From a virus (lineage: Duplodnaviria > Caudoviricetes), in IMG/VR virus record IMGVR_UViG_3300032038_009890, positions 1 to 64,000 of that record: 64,000 nucleotides of DNA, one strand, 5' to 3'. Made by a program: the position numbers and the translations under genes. This document shows positions 13,701 to 28,700 of the stretch, in pieces (within the stretch, counting starts at the first letter, position 1; every line of letters starts with the position of its first letter). The notes under the pieces were generated by a model. It was not told where the DNA came from. It saw only the letters and a list, made by a program, of their open reading frames with translations, and made no database searches.

Positions 13701-16700
13701 TCTTGCCGAGATTATGAATGGAGACTATTCTGATCTCAAATTCACAAAATATGAAAATACATTAAAGGATATGATTACAGGGTTATTTGATACCGAAGAG
13801 CTTCAAGAGGAGATGAAAAAGGAATTCAATATTGATGATATCTCAATCTTAGTAGATGATTTGATGGACCTGACGTCACTGGACAACAGCCTTGACAAGC
13901 TTGAAGAGAAGAAGTCAAATATAGTCAAAAAATTAGGTCATTTAGGCTTTAAATATGAAGATATGAAAGATTATACTATCGGGCAAATTATTAAAGGAAG
14001 TGATCTAGTTAACAGTAGAGCCGAGAAGAATAAACCCTATCTTTCAATCCAAGGATTCAACAATGACTTAGATAGAGAGACTGCACCTTTCGAAAATGAT
14101 GGTCTATTCTCCGATGTATTAAACGACGAAACATATAAAGCAAAGGCAGAAAGCCTTGAAAAGAATATTACCGCAATCTCGAATGCTATCGCGTCTGCGC
14201 TTGAAAATGGTGGTGTGGCAATAGGAGACGCTAGAACGGCGCTTCAAGACGTCATGGCAGATACGTTTAAGACATTCTCCACAGATGAACTTAATGCAGA
14301 GGGCCTTAAGCAAATCCAAAAATGGATGAACCTCCTCACAAAAACTGGCAGTGACAAATTACTTGGCGCAGATGGTTTGGAGTCACTCAAATCATATGCT
14401 CAAAATAGGATTATGAGTCAAGAGAATATAAAAGTTAGCGCAGATGAATTCATGACCATGTATAACAAATCTATAAAAGATGCCGCAATGAAGAATGGTG
14501 GTGGCACGTATGTTACCGCTGACGCGCTCTCAGAGGAATTTATGAATGAACTGCAAGATGAGGATAAGCGCAAACTTCTTTATACTCTTTATGTTACCAT
14601 GGACACTACAGAGTGGGATATTGAAAAATGGCGCGAAGAGTTTGATAATATTACACTTGACTGGAAACTCAAGTTTAATATTGATGATTTCACTAAGAAC
14701 ACAAATCTTTTAGATGAGACAATGAATCGTTTGCAAGGAGATGTTTCTTATCAGGATTAGGTGATCGCAAACAATAAGAAAAACGGAAAATATGATAGTA
14801 CGGCACAGATTAATCAAAAGATATCAGATACAAATGAGCTTATTAGTTTAAAGCGTGAAAAAGCGGCAAGCTATTATGATAAGAATAACGTCAACAGTAT
14901 TGCATATAAAGTCAGCAATGGTCAATTAGAATATGGCTCTGAAGAATATAGACAAGCTATGGAGCAAATGAAGAAAGACTTACAAGGTCTTGAAGGCGAA
15001 ATTGAAACTCTTGAAGCTAATATTGTAGCATACACAGAAGAGAGAATGCTTGTTCCTGTAAATATAATTGATGGTACATTAAACGAACTTAAAGGGCAAT
15101 ATGATCAATTTGTTGCTGAACTTGGCGCATATGGCGAAAATATTCCTAAAGACAGCGAACTACTTGATAATACTATTCAGAGTATACAAGATCAATTAAC
15201 AAATGAAAATCTTAAAGTTGAAATATTTGATGATATTTTATCACAAGACAATCTTACGCAAGAATTTAGGGATACAATAACTGCACTTAAAACTACTGCT
15301 ACAAACGAAATCAATACGCTTAATACTGATCTTAGCAAATATGTTGAGGATTCTGAAATTGGAGAAGATCAAATAGCTATTGTACAATTAAAATCACAAA
15401 AGGCAATGCAAGAAGCCGCGGCGACATTACTCGGAAGGGAATTAACTAAAGAAGACTACGAAGGATTCAATGAAACAGAAGAGGCATTGAAGGAACATTA
15501 TAACAATATAATAAGGATCGCCGCCCAAAAGAAGCAAGAAATTAAAGATGCAAACAATGGTACTCTTGAAGGATTAGACGTCGAGGCTAAAAATAATTGG
15601 GAGTATTGGGATAAAATTTGGTCTGATGCAGTATTAGAGAGTACTGAATCTCTTACTACGATAGAAAACAATAATAAAAATATCGAGCTTCTTCCTCTAT
15701 CTGAACTAGAAAGCCAATTGGCTGAGCTTGAAGAATCTGGCGAAACATTGGAAGCTACTATAAAGAGTATAGAGGAGACAGGAGATAGGCTTCCTACGGA
15801 TGAAGAATATGGTGCTGTTGTAAAGAGCTTAAATAATAGGGCGCAATTAAATAGTCAGCTTGCTTTAAGATATGAAGGTCTTGCTAAAACAGCTAGAACT
15901 AAGTCGGATCGAGAAGACTATGAAAAGAAAGCAGGATCATTTGCGCGAAACGCAACGACTCTTCGTGGTAATGCAAGAGGCTACATGGACAAGATGGACA
16001 AGAGAAGTATCGAATTCCTTGAGATTGATTTTGATCGAATTAATACTGGTCTTGACGATCTTGAAAAGGGCTTTGAAAATGCTAAAAGGCCTCTTACTGA
16101 TGGGGATTATAAACAAGCCCTTGACCTTATTTCAGATGGTCTTACAAATGCAGGTGAACAACAAGAATATTGGAATGCTCAGTTAGATAAATACGCCGAT
16201 GATAAATATTCTAAAAACTATACAGATGCAGAAAAGTCATTACTTGCCATTCTAAATGTCACAGAAATGTTAACAGCGTCACAAGAAAAATATAATAAGC
16301 TTCTTGCTGAGCAACCATTTGTTGATGTTAATAAAGACATTTCCAACACGCAAAGAGATTTAGAAAATTTTGATTTAGAGGTTAATCTTAAATTAGCAAA
16401 AGGTGGCATTAAAACAGATGATGATTTTGCGGAGGAACAAAAGAAATATCAAGACCTTGTAAATGAAAACTAGGCGGGAATGGACTCTGCTATGGAAGAA
16501 ATGAAAAAACAAGCTGGCATTCCTTCACCTATAGAATTCTTACGAGTGAGTCCGAAAGAAAGAGAAAAACTGGCGAAAAAAATGAAAAATGTTGACCTAA
16601 ACTTTATCAAAGAGCTTTCGGACAAATATGATGCTTATTATAAAGGAAGATTACAGGCGGAAACAAATCTTGCAAATAGTATCAAAGAACAAAATGATTC

Positions 16701-19700
16701 TGAACTTATTACAACAGAAAATCACATTGCAAGAATGACAGAAGAAATAGAAAAATATGACAAGATTATTTCGGATTCTAGTCATTTAGCTACTATGGAT
16801 GATTATAATAATGCATACACAGCTGTCGGTGAAAAGATTAAAGACCTTAATGTAGAAGCACAGCATTACCAAGATTTAATGGATAGTATGAAATATAATG
16901 AAGATGGAAGCATAAATGAGAATTTTGATGAGAATAATCAGCAGTATCAATATTATATTTCACAGCTTCAAAGCGCTAATAATGAAATAACAGAGTTAAC
17001 AGAAAAACAAAAGCAGTATAAGAAAGCAATGGAGAATCTTGGGATTGATAAGATCAGCAGGGAAATCGAAAACTATAATAAAAAGCTAAAAGATTTAAAA
17101 GACACTCAAGATTTAAATGCCGCCAAGGGTATAGACAAGACATTAGACGATTATAAAATGGAAGACAAATACTATGAAGATATTAAAAAAGACTCTGAAC
17201 AGGCGGCCAAAGATTTGCAAGATAAATTCAATTTTATGATTCATTGGCAAATCATGGACCCGGATTCCGCTGATGCAAAACAAATGAAAGATCAAATCCA
17301 AGGTTTCTTGGACCAAGCATTAAACGCAGATATTAATCTCGCTAATAATGCGCACGCTGAAGAAATATTCCCAATTACAGAACTGCAAAAGGATCTCGAT
17401 GAACTTGAATTAGCAGGTAATGAAATTCAACGAACTTTTGAGGATATTAAGAGGAGTGGCGATGACGTTGAAGATTATTCTGATTATACAGATAATCTTG
17501 AAAGTAGACGTACCATACTTGAAAATATAAAAGGGTTATATGAGGAATTATATAGCAAACATTCTGGTGATAGTTTTGGTGCAGAAATTCTTAAAAATAT
17601 CGACAGCGTAAATGCAAAATTACAGGCTATTGATCAAGAAAAATTTGATATTGATTTTGAGATTGATCACAAGAAATTGACTGATCTCCAAGAGGATATG
17701 GGATACTTGGAACGTGAGGCCGCAAATCTGCAAAATGCTTTGTCTAATCCTGAGAATACAACTATGTCTAAGGAAGATGTTCTTACCGCTATAATTAAGA
17801 ATAGTCAACAATCATTAACCAATCTTAAAGGGCAAGCAGATGAATATCAGCGCATTATGACCGAGATTCAAGAAGAAAATCCAGATGATTTCCTTAATAA
17901 CAATCGTTACATCGAGGCCGCAACAGGTCTGGCCAATATTGATTCTTAGATTGCAAACATAAATAGTACTTTAAAAGATACTAATAAACAGCTTTCACAG
18001 CTTCCTATCGAAAAGTTAGAAAAAGCACTTAAATATAATGAGGCGAATAAAAACTATGAAGACGCGGCTCGTAGTTATAAGGAAGCAACCGGTCATGTTT
18101 TAAGTCAAGATGATTATACTAGAAGTATCAATTTGGCGCGCGCGGATGTTCTGACAAACGAGGGTATCCTTGGTGAAAAGCAAGCAAACGTTGAACTTAA
18201 ACGTGCTACCCTTGAGTTTGCACAAAAGAATCCTACGCTGAAGAATGTTGAACTTGCGTAGGAAGAATATGAGACAGCTGTTCTTGAAGCAACAACTGCT
18301 CAAATTGCTGTGCTAGAATCGCAAACAGAAGTTTCTGATACACAAAGAAAAGCCCTTGAAGCTGAGCAAAATGTGTATCAGTAGAGAGTCGGCTTACTTA
18401 AAGTTTATAGTGATAATTTAAAGGCCGAGCGCGAATTAGCCGAAGCTCAAGGACATATTAGAACCAGAGATGAGATAGCAACTGATCGTTCTATTTCCTT
18501 GGAAAATAAGAAGGACTTAGAGGAACAGCGGGACGCTCTTAACGCAAATCATTCGGGGCTTACTCCTCTGGAATATGCTACTCAGAGATTGGCTCTTACA
18601 CAGGCTATCTATGACGAAGAGATGAATATATATAATCTCCAGGGTGAATTAGCTGAACAGCCTATTAAGGCCACAGAAAAAGCATTGGAGAATTTAAAGC
18701 AAAGCCATAGAGAAATTAAAGCCATGTCTGACTCTTTCTCAAATATGGGGAAAGAAATACCCACCGATATTCTTCAGCAAGGCCTGGAAAATATTCAAGC
18801 GCAGAAGTTCTAGGCAGGTGTTACAAGAGACTATTATAAGGGATTGGTTGACTTCTGGAAACCAGTTCTAGGCGAAAGCTCTATGCTTGTGAAAGGTTGG
18901 TAGGAGAAGTATCTTGACGCCAATGAAGAATATATTAATCTTGAGGGAGAAGAATATAATACGCAGAAAGCAATTGATGAAAAGCCATTTGAGCATCTTA
19001 GTAATGCACTTGAGCGCGTAAAACGTGAGCATAAAGAATTCACAGATATGATGGACAAAGGTGTTATTCCCAAGTCTGCTGAAAATTACAGGATTGCAAT
19101 TGAAGGCGCAACTGAGGAACAACAATATCTTATTGAGCAAATAAAGTTGACTAAGTTGGCTCAAAAAGATTATAATATTAACGATCCAGAATATCAAACT
19201 TTACAAAGCACATTAAATTCTTTAACAGATGAATATAACGCTTTAACAGACAGTATCAATAACTGGGGCGATGCAATAAAGAATCTTCCACTTGATTCCG
19301 CAATTAAGAACTTAGAAGAATTCAGAGAACAAATGGGCTTTAAGAATGATGATTTAAATAATAAAGTAAATCATGGTTATAGGATGACTGCCGATGATTA
19401 TAGTAAGCGCATAAGTGACAATGAATATCTTGCTAGTGAGGCGAGAAGACTTTCACAAATGTATGCAAAAGACACAGATCAATTAGAACGTGTAGGTTTA
19501 AGAGGAAGTCAAGAATACAAAGATGCATATGAAAATTATGAGAAATATAAATCTATGGCTGCTGATCTTGATGAGGAGATAGCGGTTGATAAAGATAATC
19601 TTAGACTTCTTCCAATAGACGAACTTAAACGTGAATAGGCTGAAATTCAATAGTCCTTTAATGCTATAGGCGACACTATTGAAGAACTTGAAACAAAAGG

Positions 19701-22700
19701 ACAAGAAGCGGGAACGGATTTGTTAATTGATCAGATGGACCTTATTGACAAAGAAGTCCTTAACCTTGAAGACCAACGTGACGAGTATGAAAAAGATTTA
19801 AATTATGCGCTAGAAAATAACTTACAAGATGCGGCAGATAATGCACGAGAAAACATCGCGCAAGTAGATTCTGATATTTCTAAGCTTACTAACAAGAAAT
19901 ATAACATAACAATTACTATTAGAAAAAAGGTCATTGATAAAATTAATAATGATTTAAAATTAATCAGTAATAATGCAAACGAACTCAATACCAAATTAAA
20001 TACATTGACCACAACTAGTGCAGGAAGAGAATCCATAATTGAAAGTTTAATAGAAAACGAAAAAGCCAATAGAAGAAGTCAAAAAGAAGCAATACAGTAT
20101 CATCAGAATAATTTAGCAAGGATTACTAGAGATACAAATGGTCAGGCAAACTATTATAATAATTCCGAATATAGAGCGTCAGTAGATGCAATGAACGAAC
20201 TTGAAATCGGTTTAATTAACACCACAGATAAAATTAATGAGTTATCAAGGGCGCTTAATCATTTACCATTGGATAGACTTCAAAAACAATTACAAGATCT
20301 TGCTAGAACAAGAGGAATTGTTGAATCACAAGATGAAATCAAGAAATTGCTTGGTGGCAGAGATAACTATGTACAGTTACTTAACATTGATATTGAAAGC
20401 TCGGATGTAGCTGATCAAGCAGTTAAAGATGCAAAAGAAATTATGGATAATGCATATGCCGAAACACAGAAATATAATAGAAACTCACCAATAGTTTCGG
20501 TACATGATTTAATCGAATAGGCTGATAAAGATTACGAAATTGCCAAACAGGACTATGAAGAAGCTTTACAAAATGCGAATAAAGCTGAAGCAACAGAACT
20601 TCAGTCTAAGATGAATCTGGCATATGAACCTGTACAACAATTACAAGATGGTCTAAAAGATTTAGATAATCAGGCAAACAGTGTTCTTAATGAAATAAAT
20701 AGACTTAGTGAACGTGGCGAAACTGGTACGCTTGAACAATATGAAAGATTAATTCAATTTGATAATGCACGAATTAATAATTTGGAACGAACTAAAGATG
20801 AATTAACGACTTATCGTAATACATTAGTCAATCTAATGGAAGAATATGGCATTTCCGAATATGCAAATGTTATTCTTCAGCCTATTGACGAGCAAATGAA
20901 TGAACTGGATGAAATGATTGCCGAATATTTTAATAACAATGTCCAGTATGATTTAATGAAGCACGGTGGAATTGAATTAGTTGGCCTAGAGAGAGTAAAA
21001 GCAAGGCTTGAGCGAGAGGCTACCTCTATTCAAGATGCCATTGGCTTAGCAGAAAATACGGGAAGGACTCCATCTATTGGATTATATCAGTCTGCAATCG
21101 ATAACAACGATCAACAAGCAAATAACTTAAGAAAGCGCATAGAATTGCTGAAAGAGCAAAATACAGTTCAGGGTATATCTATTGATGAGTATAATAAAAA
21201 TCTTGATCAGATTTCACAGTTTAGTTCCGAATTAGCTACAATCGAGAGTAATTCTTATCAATTCAAGCAGAAAATTGTTGCATATGCTCGTAATTTAGCC
21301 ACGGCTCTCAGCAGTACAATCAGTACCGCTATATCTGAATCGTTTAATAATACAGGAGTTTCTGCTTCTTCGATTGAATCCTTAAGAGAACAATTCTCCA
21401 CGCTTGAAGAAGTCTTTAATGTTAATACTAGTACACTATTCTACGAAACAGCAGAAGGTGTAAAACTGAATTCAAAGGCGCTCAGTGATCTAATTGCTAT
21501 TCAAAAGCGTTCTTATGGCAATGATATTCTTAAAAAGATTCATGATGAAGAAACCTAGATTAATAGCTTGACTACTGCCCTTAAAGAAAACAAAGATATA
21601 CAGGATGACGCGGATACATAGAATCTTAAGACGCACAAGAGGAGACTTGATGACCTTAAGCAAGAATTGTCTGGATACCAAGCTATCTTAGATGCTCTTG
21701 AGGAAGCGAATAGTCTCTATGCTCAATGGCAAAACGCACAATCCTCCGCAAATAAGGGAGATAAGTATGACGCAATTTATGAGAATCTTTCGAATTTGGA
21801 ACAGCATCTGGATGATGGGACCTTTAAAGACGAAGATTCTACATTTATAAAAATGCTCTCTAGGTATGGTATTGGCACCCCAGAAGAATTCGAACGTATT
21901 ACTCCACAATTACAAAGGTATTTTATGCAGGGCATGGATGGACTGCAAAACTTTGTAGATGATCTAGTGGAAAATGGATTTGCCACGATGCAAGACGGAG
22001 TTTATTCTATTAAGGATTTGGATATTTCGAAAGTAGCAAAGGCATTTGGACTTTCGGAAGAAGCCATTCAATACATATTTGATAAGCTTAGCGAGACTAC
22101 TGGTGCTGAATTTTTACAGCCAAAGGATGGTATTGATGCATTCTTAAAAGCACAAGAGAAACAAAAAGAATATATTGATGCTTGGAAGGCTTTACAATAG
22201 GCACAAAAAGAAGGAAATGCTGAGCAAGTTGATTACTTAGAAGGTAAGCTTGGAACATTAGCGTCTCAGATTGTTGATTTAAAGAATTACGATGGCGGAT
22301 AGCTGATTAGCCAAGAGGCCTTTGATAACGCAAAGGAAGAGATATTGCACTTGCAAAATATGGCTCGAAGCGGTTTTTTAGATGATGCGACCGTAGAGGA
22401 CGAGATACAAGGAATCGCATAGAGAGCAGGAATTGTGATGAGCAAAGATGGCCGTATACTTACAAACACACTTGAACAGGCCAATGAGAATCTTATGAAA
22501 TCTCTGCCAGACCTTCTCAATGAAGAGGAAGTGCCGATGAAGGTTACTTTATCCGATGAATCGCTCACAAGTCTGAGTGAATTGGATATGGGGCTTAATA
22601 AAGATTATTTAACTGATCAGGTTCAAGATGCATTCGATCAGACTGCGTTCAAATTGAATGTAGATGTTGCAACAATAGAGAAAGCAGATCATAGCAATAT

Positions 22701-25700
22701 AAGAGGAAAGACAACTTTGTCTGCCGATTACTATAAAGATAATGATAACAGAGTAGAAGTCTTTAAGGAATTGTTACAATCTTTTGCATCTAAGAAATAC
22801 GGAAATATTGATCTCAATAATCGTCAGTCAATGCCGATGGATGATGGTAGCATTGCTACTGTTCTTGGCAGTTGGGATAATAACTTCGTGGCAGATGGTG
22901 GTAATATTTCTGTTGCTTTTAGTCCTTTGCTTCAGACTGAAAATGGCCCCGTGTTGCTTAAGAGTGGTATAATGAATGACTATATTCAGTTATTATTGGA
23001 TAATGCATATGATAAGAACGGATTTAATCCCGATCTAGTATTTAACCTTGACAAATAGGGATTCTTATACAGACAAGTCGAAGATGCATTTGGTAAAATA
23101 TGGGATGAATTAAATATCAAGAATATGGTTGCAGGTGTATCTAAGGATACTAATATCGATGCACAAAACGCGGCGGGTATTATTGGTGATATCATGCACG
23201 AAAGTGAAGAAGGAACGTATGATAATATTTCCTATGCCGTTCAAAGAATATTGGATACTTTAAATGGAAATGAATCATTAATGTTTACTCTTCCTATAAG
23301 AACTAACGATGTTGAATTTATCAATATGATTCAAAAAGCATTAGATGAACATGGAGCATTTCCTATTAAGGTTTATCCTGTTATTCCATCTAGCACAGCT
23401 AGTTCTGCACCTACGTTCTCTAATGCATTTGCTGAGGGGACAAACAACGGTGAAATAACTCATAAAACAACAGCACTTGTAAACGAACTTGGTCATGAGG
23501 GAGTAATTCATAATGGCGTTCTCAGAGAGATTCATGGTGGAATGCATGAAGAAAATCTTAGTCCTGGTGATGTGGTTCTTAATGCTCAACAGATGGATCA
23601 GCTTAAGAAGACAGGCCGTGCGTCCGGTAAAGGGCGTGTAATTGGTGGAGCGAAAGCGTTATATGAGAAAAATGCTTATGCAGGAGGTTTATCTGGAACC
23701 TTCTCTATTCCGAGTAGCGGACTTACTGGAAGCAGTGCCGATTGGTCTCATTATATTTTCCGCGATGAGAAAAACCGTGGGCTTGATACTGTTATAGATA
23801 ATATTCCAAGATACTTGAATCAGCTTAATCGTACAATTCAACGTCTGGATAGTAGTATCTCAGAATATACATCTGCTTCTGAAAAACGTGAAATTCTTGA
23901 AGAGAAATACACTGCGATTATGAAACAGATTGCGGCAAACAATAAAGCATACACAGAATACATGGCAAAAGCCAATGAAATTGCTAATCAGACAGAATTT
24001 ATAGATAGCTCTGGAAAGAAAAAGACGATAGAGAGTCTTGCATCAAGATATAATCTCGAAGATCTTCGTAATGGTAAATTATCTTTGGATACCTTATCAA
24101 ATAACGAAAAAGATAAACAATATTACGAAATGGCACAAAAATATCTTGAGTGGGTTGACAAAGGTTAGTCTGCACAGGATGAAACATTCTCTTTACAGAG
24201 TACCTTACAAGATATTTATGAAAGCCTTATTGGTCTTCCATTCGAAGAGCTTGAGAAATCTTTGGATAAGCTTTCGAGCAAAATATCTGCTAATAGTGCG
24301 TTTACTTCTGCCGCCCAATCAGGTGAAGCAGGAGCAAGATTACTTTCTAACACATTATCTCAATATTTTGGCGAGGAAGGTGCAAGTTTATTTGATGCGA
24401 CTGGAAACAGCTATGAAGTACTTAATAGACTGTTACAAAAGAATGTTGAGCTTAAAAAGGAAGAATTAACTCAAAATATTGATGCCTTGAATCTTGCAAA
24501 AGAAGAATATGATAATCTTTTGAACGAACAGTCTTCTTTACATGGCGAATTAGCAACAGCAAAAGAGACTATCATTAATACTTTGCAACTTACAGAAGAG
24601 GATTATGAGAGAATACTTAATAATAAAGCAATAGAAGCATCTCATTTTGATCAGTACGAAGGCGCAGAAGATGTACTTAATGATTATAATCTTTTAATTG
24701 CGAAAGTTAATTCTTGTGATACGTCTGTAAAGAAATTGGGCGACGATATTGAAAAGAGAACATATGAAAACTATGCGAAGGCCGCAGAGACAAGTCAAGA
24801 AGTAATCAATATGATTGATTCTGAACTGTCTGCAATTGACAAGTACTATAGTGCAATTCAAAATCATACTTCTACTCTTAATGATGGTCTTGCCGCAAGT
24901 GCGGATTATATTACTAAGTGGTTACGCGTTAGTGATAATACAATGAATTTAATTAATAACTATACTCAGCAAATTGCTAACTATGCTCAAGAAGCTGATG
25001 TGTTAAGTCAAAACATTGCCGCGCAAGAAGCTTATTTGAATTCTATGTTAGCAAATGGCACGTTAAAGGTTACAGACACAGAGTATCTTGAGAGAATCAA
25101 TCAAATTAATTCTATGAAGAATACATTAAAAGATTATATTAATGGACAAAACGAAGCAACAAAAGCTATGATGGACCTTCCAAACGAAGTTGTAACCGAA
25201 AAACTTGCTGATATTGAGGCCGCATATAATTCTCTTACTACTGCCATGAATAAAAATATTGCATCCTCACTGTCTACAATTAGGGCCTATGAAAGAATTG
25301 CGGGAAGTAGCATGTTTACTACGACAGGGAATCCTCTTGAATATCAGTATCAAAATGCTCTTTCCGAGGCCGAGGTTCAGAAATTACAGCAAGAGGCATA
25401 GGTCACTATTGATGGTTATAACCAAGCACTCGCTAATTATCTGGCGGGTGGGACTCCAGAAGAGATGAAAATGAAAACGGAGGCTTTGCGAACGGCATAG
25501 ACAGCCATGGATGATAAAGTCATGGAAGCCGCCGTGAAAGCAGTACAGCTTTATTCTACTGAGATGTCAAATATCGAAAATTACTACAAAACTATTAATA
25601 GCTATATTGATACAGAAATAAATAAACTTGATATACGAAACGCTTCTCTCGACAGAGGTGTTGGATATGTCAGGAATAGCTATGAATTAATGGGTAACTA

Positions 25701-28700
25701 TAGACAGATCATGAGTAAGACAGCCGAACAAATTGATAATATAAATCTTGCATTAGCCGCCATGAAAGAAGTATTAGCACAAGGTCTGGCTAATGGTAGA
25801 ATCCAAGTTGGCGATCAAGAATACATACGTTTAACTACTCAGATTACTGAACTGGAGAACCAAGGTAAATCTCTTGGAAATACTATGCTTGACACCTGGG
25901 ATAAGATGTTAGAGATTCCTGACAAGAAGCTTCAAGAAAGGCTTAAAAAGATTGCAAATTCGTTTAAATGGTTTAGTGCAATTATGGATAACAATATCTC
26001 TAATCTTGATGAACGTAAAATATTTGCGGGATTTATGCAAGAACTTGATAATGAATTTGGTGACATGGGATAGATCGAAATTGATCTCTCTGCTGAGTCT
26101 TATGTTCAAGGAGACAAAAATTATCAGAGTCAAATTGATAAGGAATCACAAAACGTTGAACAATAGAAGAAGCAATTATATGATTTGCAAGCACTCAGAG
26201 AAGAAACCCTTGCTGATGTTAATCACACACAAGAGCAGATTGACGAGATAGATGATAGGATTAATGATACGGAAAATAATATTATTAATACCTATGGTAA
26301 AATTGCTAGTTTAAGGGCCAATCAGGCCTCCGATTCAGCAAATAGATTCTCAGAATTCATTGATAGTCAATCGGCTCCTATTAATGCTGATTTAAAGAAA
26401 CGTCAAACCGTTAGAAGTTTGGAAACAGATAGATTTGGTTATACAAATCCGCAACATTTATTTGGTTATAGTGGCTATATTCAAAATGAAATAAAAGATT
26501 ATGATACATTAATAAGTTTTGCACAGAAAAAAGCTGATGGTTTAAGGCAAAGGTATCGAGACGGTATATTAAAGCAAGGTCTTTCAGAGGATTCTGAGCA
26601 AATGAAGGCGCTGAAAGCACAATTACTTGAAGCCGACGCCGAGGTTGTACAGCTTCAACAGGATAGTTATAACTTATTCAAAGAACAACTTGCACAGCCC
26701 AAAAACTATTTTGATGAGTAGATTGCAAACTATCAAAGAAAACATTCTTTAAATAATACCTTGCTTCAAAATGGAATTTATGACTCTGTCGCAGGATATA
26801 ATATGTTTGCTAGTCGAACAGATCGCATCACTCTTGCAGATGATTCAAGGAACGAAGAATCCTTTAGGTTCCCTAGAAAGAATCAGCTTCTCTATCAAGA
26901 GGCCGTGGATGCAAGCGAACAGGCAAAGATGGCAAGTGATTATGCTGAACAGCAAAGAGCAATATATGAATAGATAGCGTCAGATAGTACTAGTGATGTT
27001 GATAAAATACAAAAGGCAGAATATGCTATGATTGAAGCTTATAACACTGCTGATGAAATGGCGGCGACTGCGGCAAGTAAATTTATATCTAATTTTAATG
27101 GGATGCTAAGTAATGTTAACTCTTATTTTGATTCATTGAATTCTAATCTTGATTCAACAGCCAGTAAACTTGACTCTATGAATCAGTACCTTGAAGCGAC
27201 ATCTACTATATATAAGACAAAATTCAAAGATATGATTGTTAATACAATTGAAACAATCGGCAATACCAGTGAGTAGTATGTTAATTCTTTACAAAATGCC
27301 GCAGATCTTAAAGCTTATCTAGATAAGGCAATGAAGGAAGGATATATTAATAAGGGTGACACAAATTGGATACAAGCTACAACCATGATTAATAATCTCG
27401 AAGCAGGTGCTGAAAGGTTGAGAGTTAATACGATTGAGTCATATAAATCACTTCTTGAATTCCCGGAAAAAGAATTTCAGAATAAGTTACAATTAATTCA
27501 AAATAAGTTTGCAAGTTTAAATGCCGTACTTAATAATAACATTACAGCATCTGATACCGCTCGTAATACATTCAGAGAACTGATTCAAAGGACAAGTGGT
27601 ATATCTGGTATTGATAAATCTACTGTGGCGGGAATGGAAGGTAGTCAGCCAACATTTATATATCAAAATGCGGCAATTGCAGAAAACATGAAACAACAAA
27701 AAGAAATGTTGGAAGCAAGATTAACATAGGTCAATGAACTGAAGAAAGTTTATGACTCAGTGCGTACAAATGTAAAAGCAGGTATTGATGAAAGAAATCT
27801 CGCTAAACAAGCATATGAAACTGCACAGACAGAATATGCCAATGATGCCGCAAAATGGGCGAATGATAGAACAGAAGCCATTAAAAACATGGTAATTAAT
27901 GTTAAGGCTTATTATGATAAAGAAATAGGATTTATTAATTCTCTTAATTCAAAGCTTGAAGCAAATAGAAATCTTATGGTTGAATTCGGTAAATACACAA
28001 AGAACAGCAGAAAGATTATTGCCACTTATTCAGCCGAAATTAAAAATACCGTAGATGAATACAATAATCTGGAGGCGGCAATTGTTGTTATGAGACAGCA
28101 AATTGAGAAAGAACACAAAGATAATAATCTTATAGGCAATGACTATGAAGAGATGAAGCAACAATTAACAGAGCTTTAGACTCAATTAGTTAATACAAAG
28201 CAAAAGCAGATTGAACTGTTTAGAGATATGATCAAAGTGCCTTCTGGTGTTGTAGATGAAAAAGTAGAGGATATTACTAGGAAATATTATATGTTTACCA
28301 ATGCCTTAGATAGCGGTATGTTAAGCTCTTCTGCCGGGCGTAATATTTATAACTTCTATACAGATATTCTTAATGATATTCTTGGCCTTGAAAAGATAGA
28401 AATCGATGATCAATTAATGTCTGAGAATTTAAGTGATTCTGTAAATGAGGCTATTAGTAATATTAACATTAAAGAAGAAATACTTGATCCAGACAATTTA
28501 ATGGAAGAGAAAATTACTATAGAGGACATCTTTGATGAAGAACTATTCGATGGTACGTTGGTTAATGATCTTACCGAGGAAATCGAAGAAGCTTATAGAG
28601 GAATACACTTCCCCACTACATCGGATAATCTTAAACCTGATTTGATTCCAGAATATGTTGTATCCGACGAGAAACAGATTTATCCTGTGCGTGAAATCAA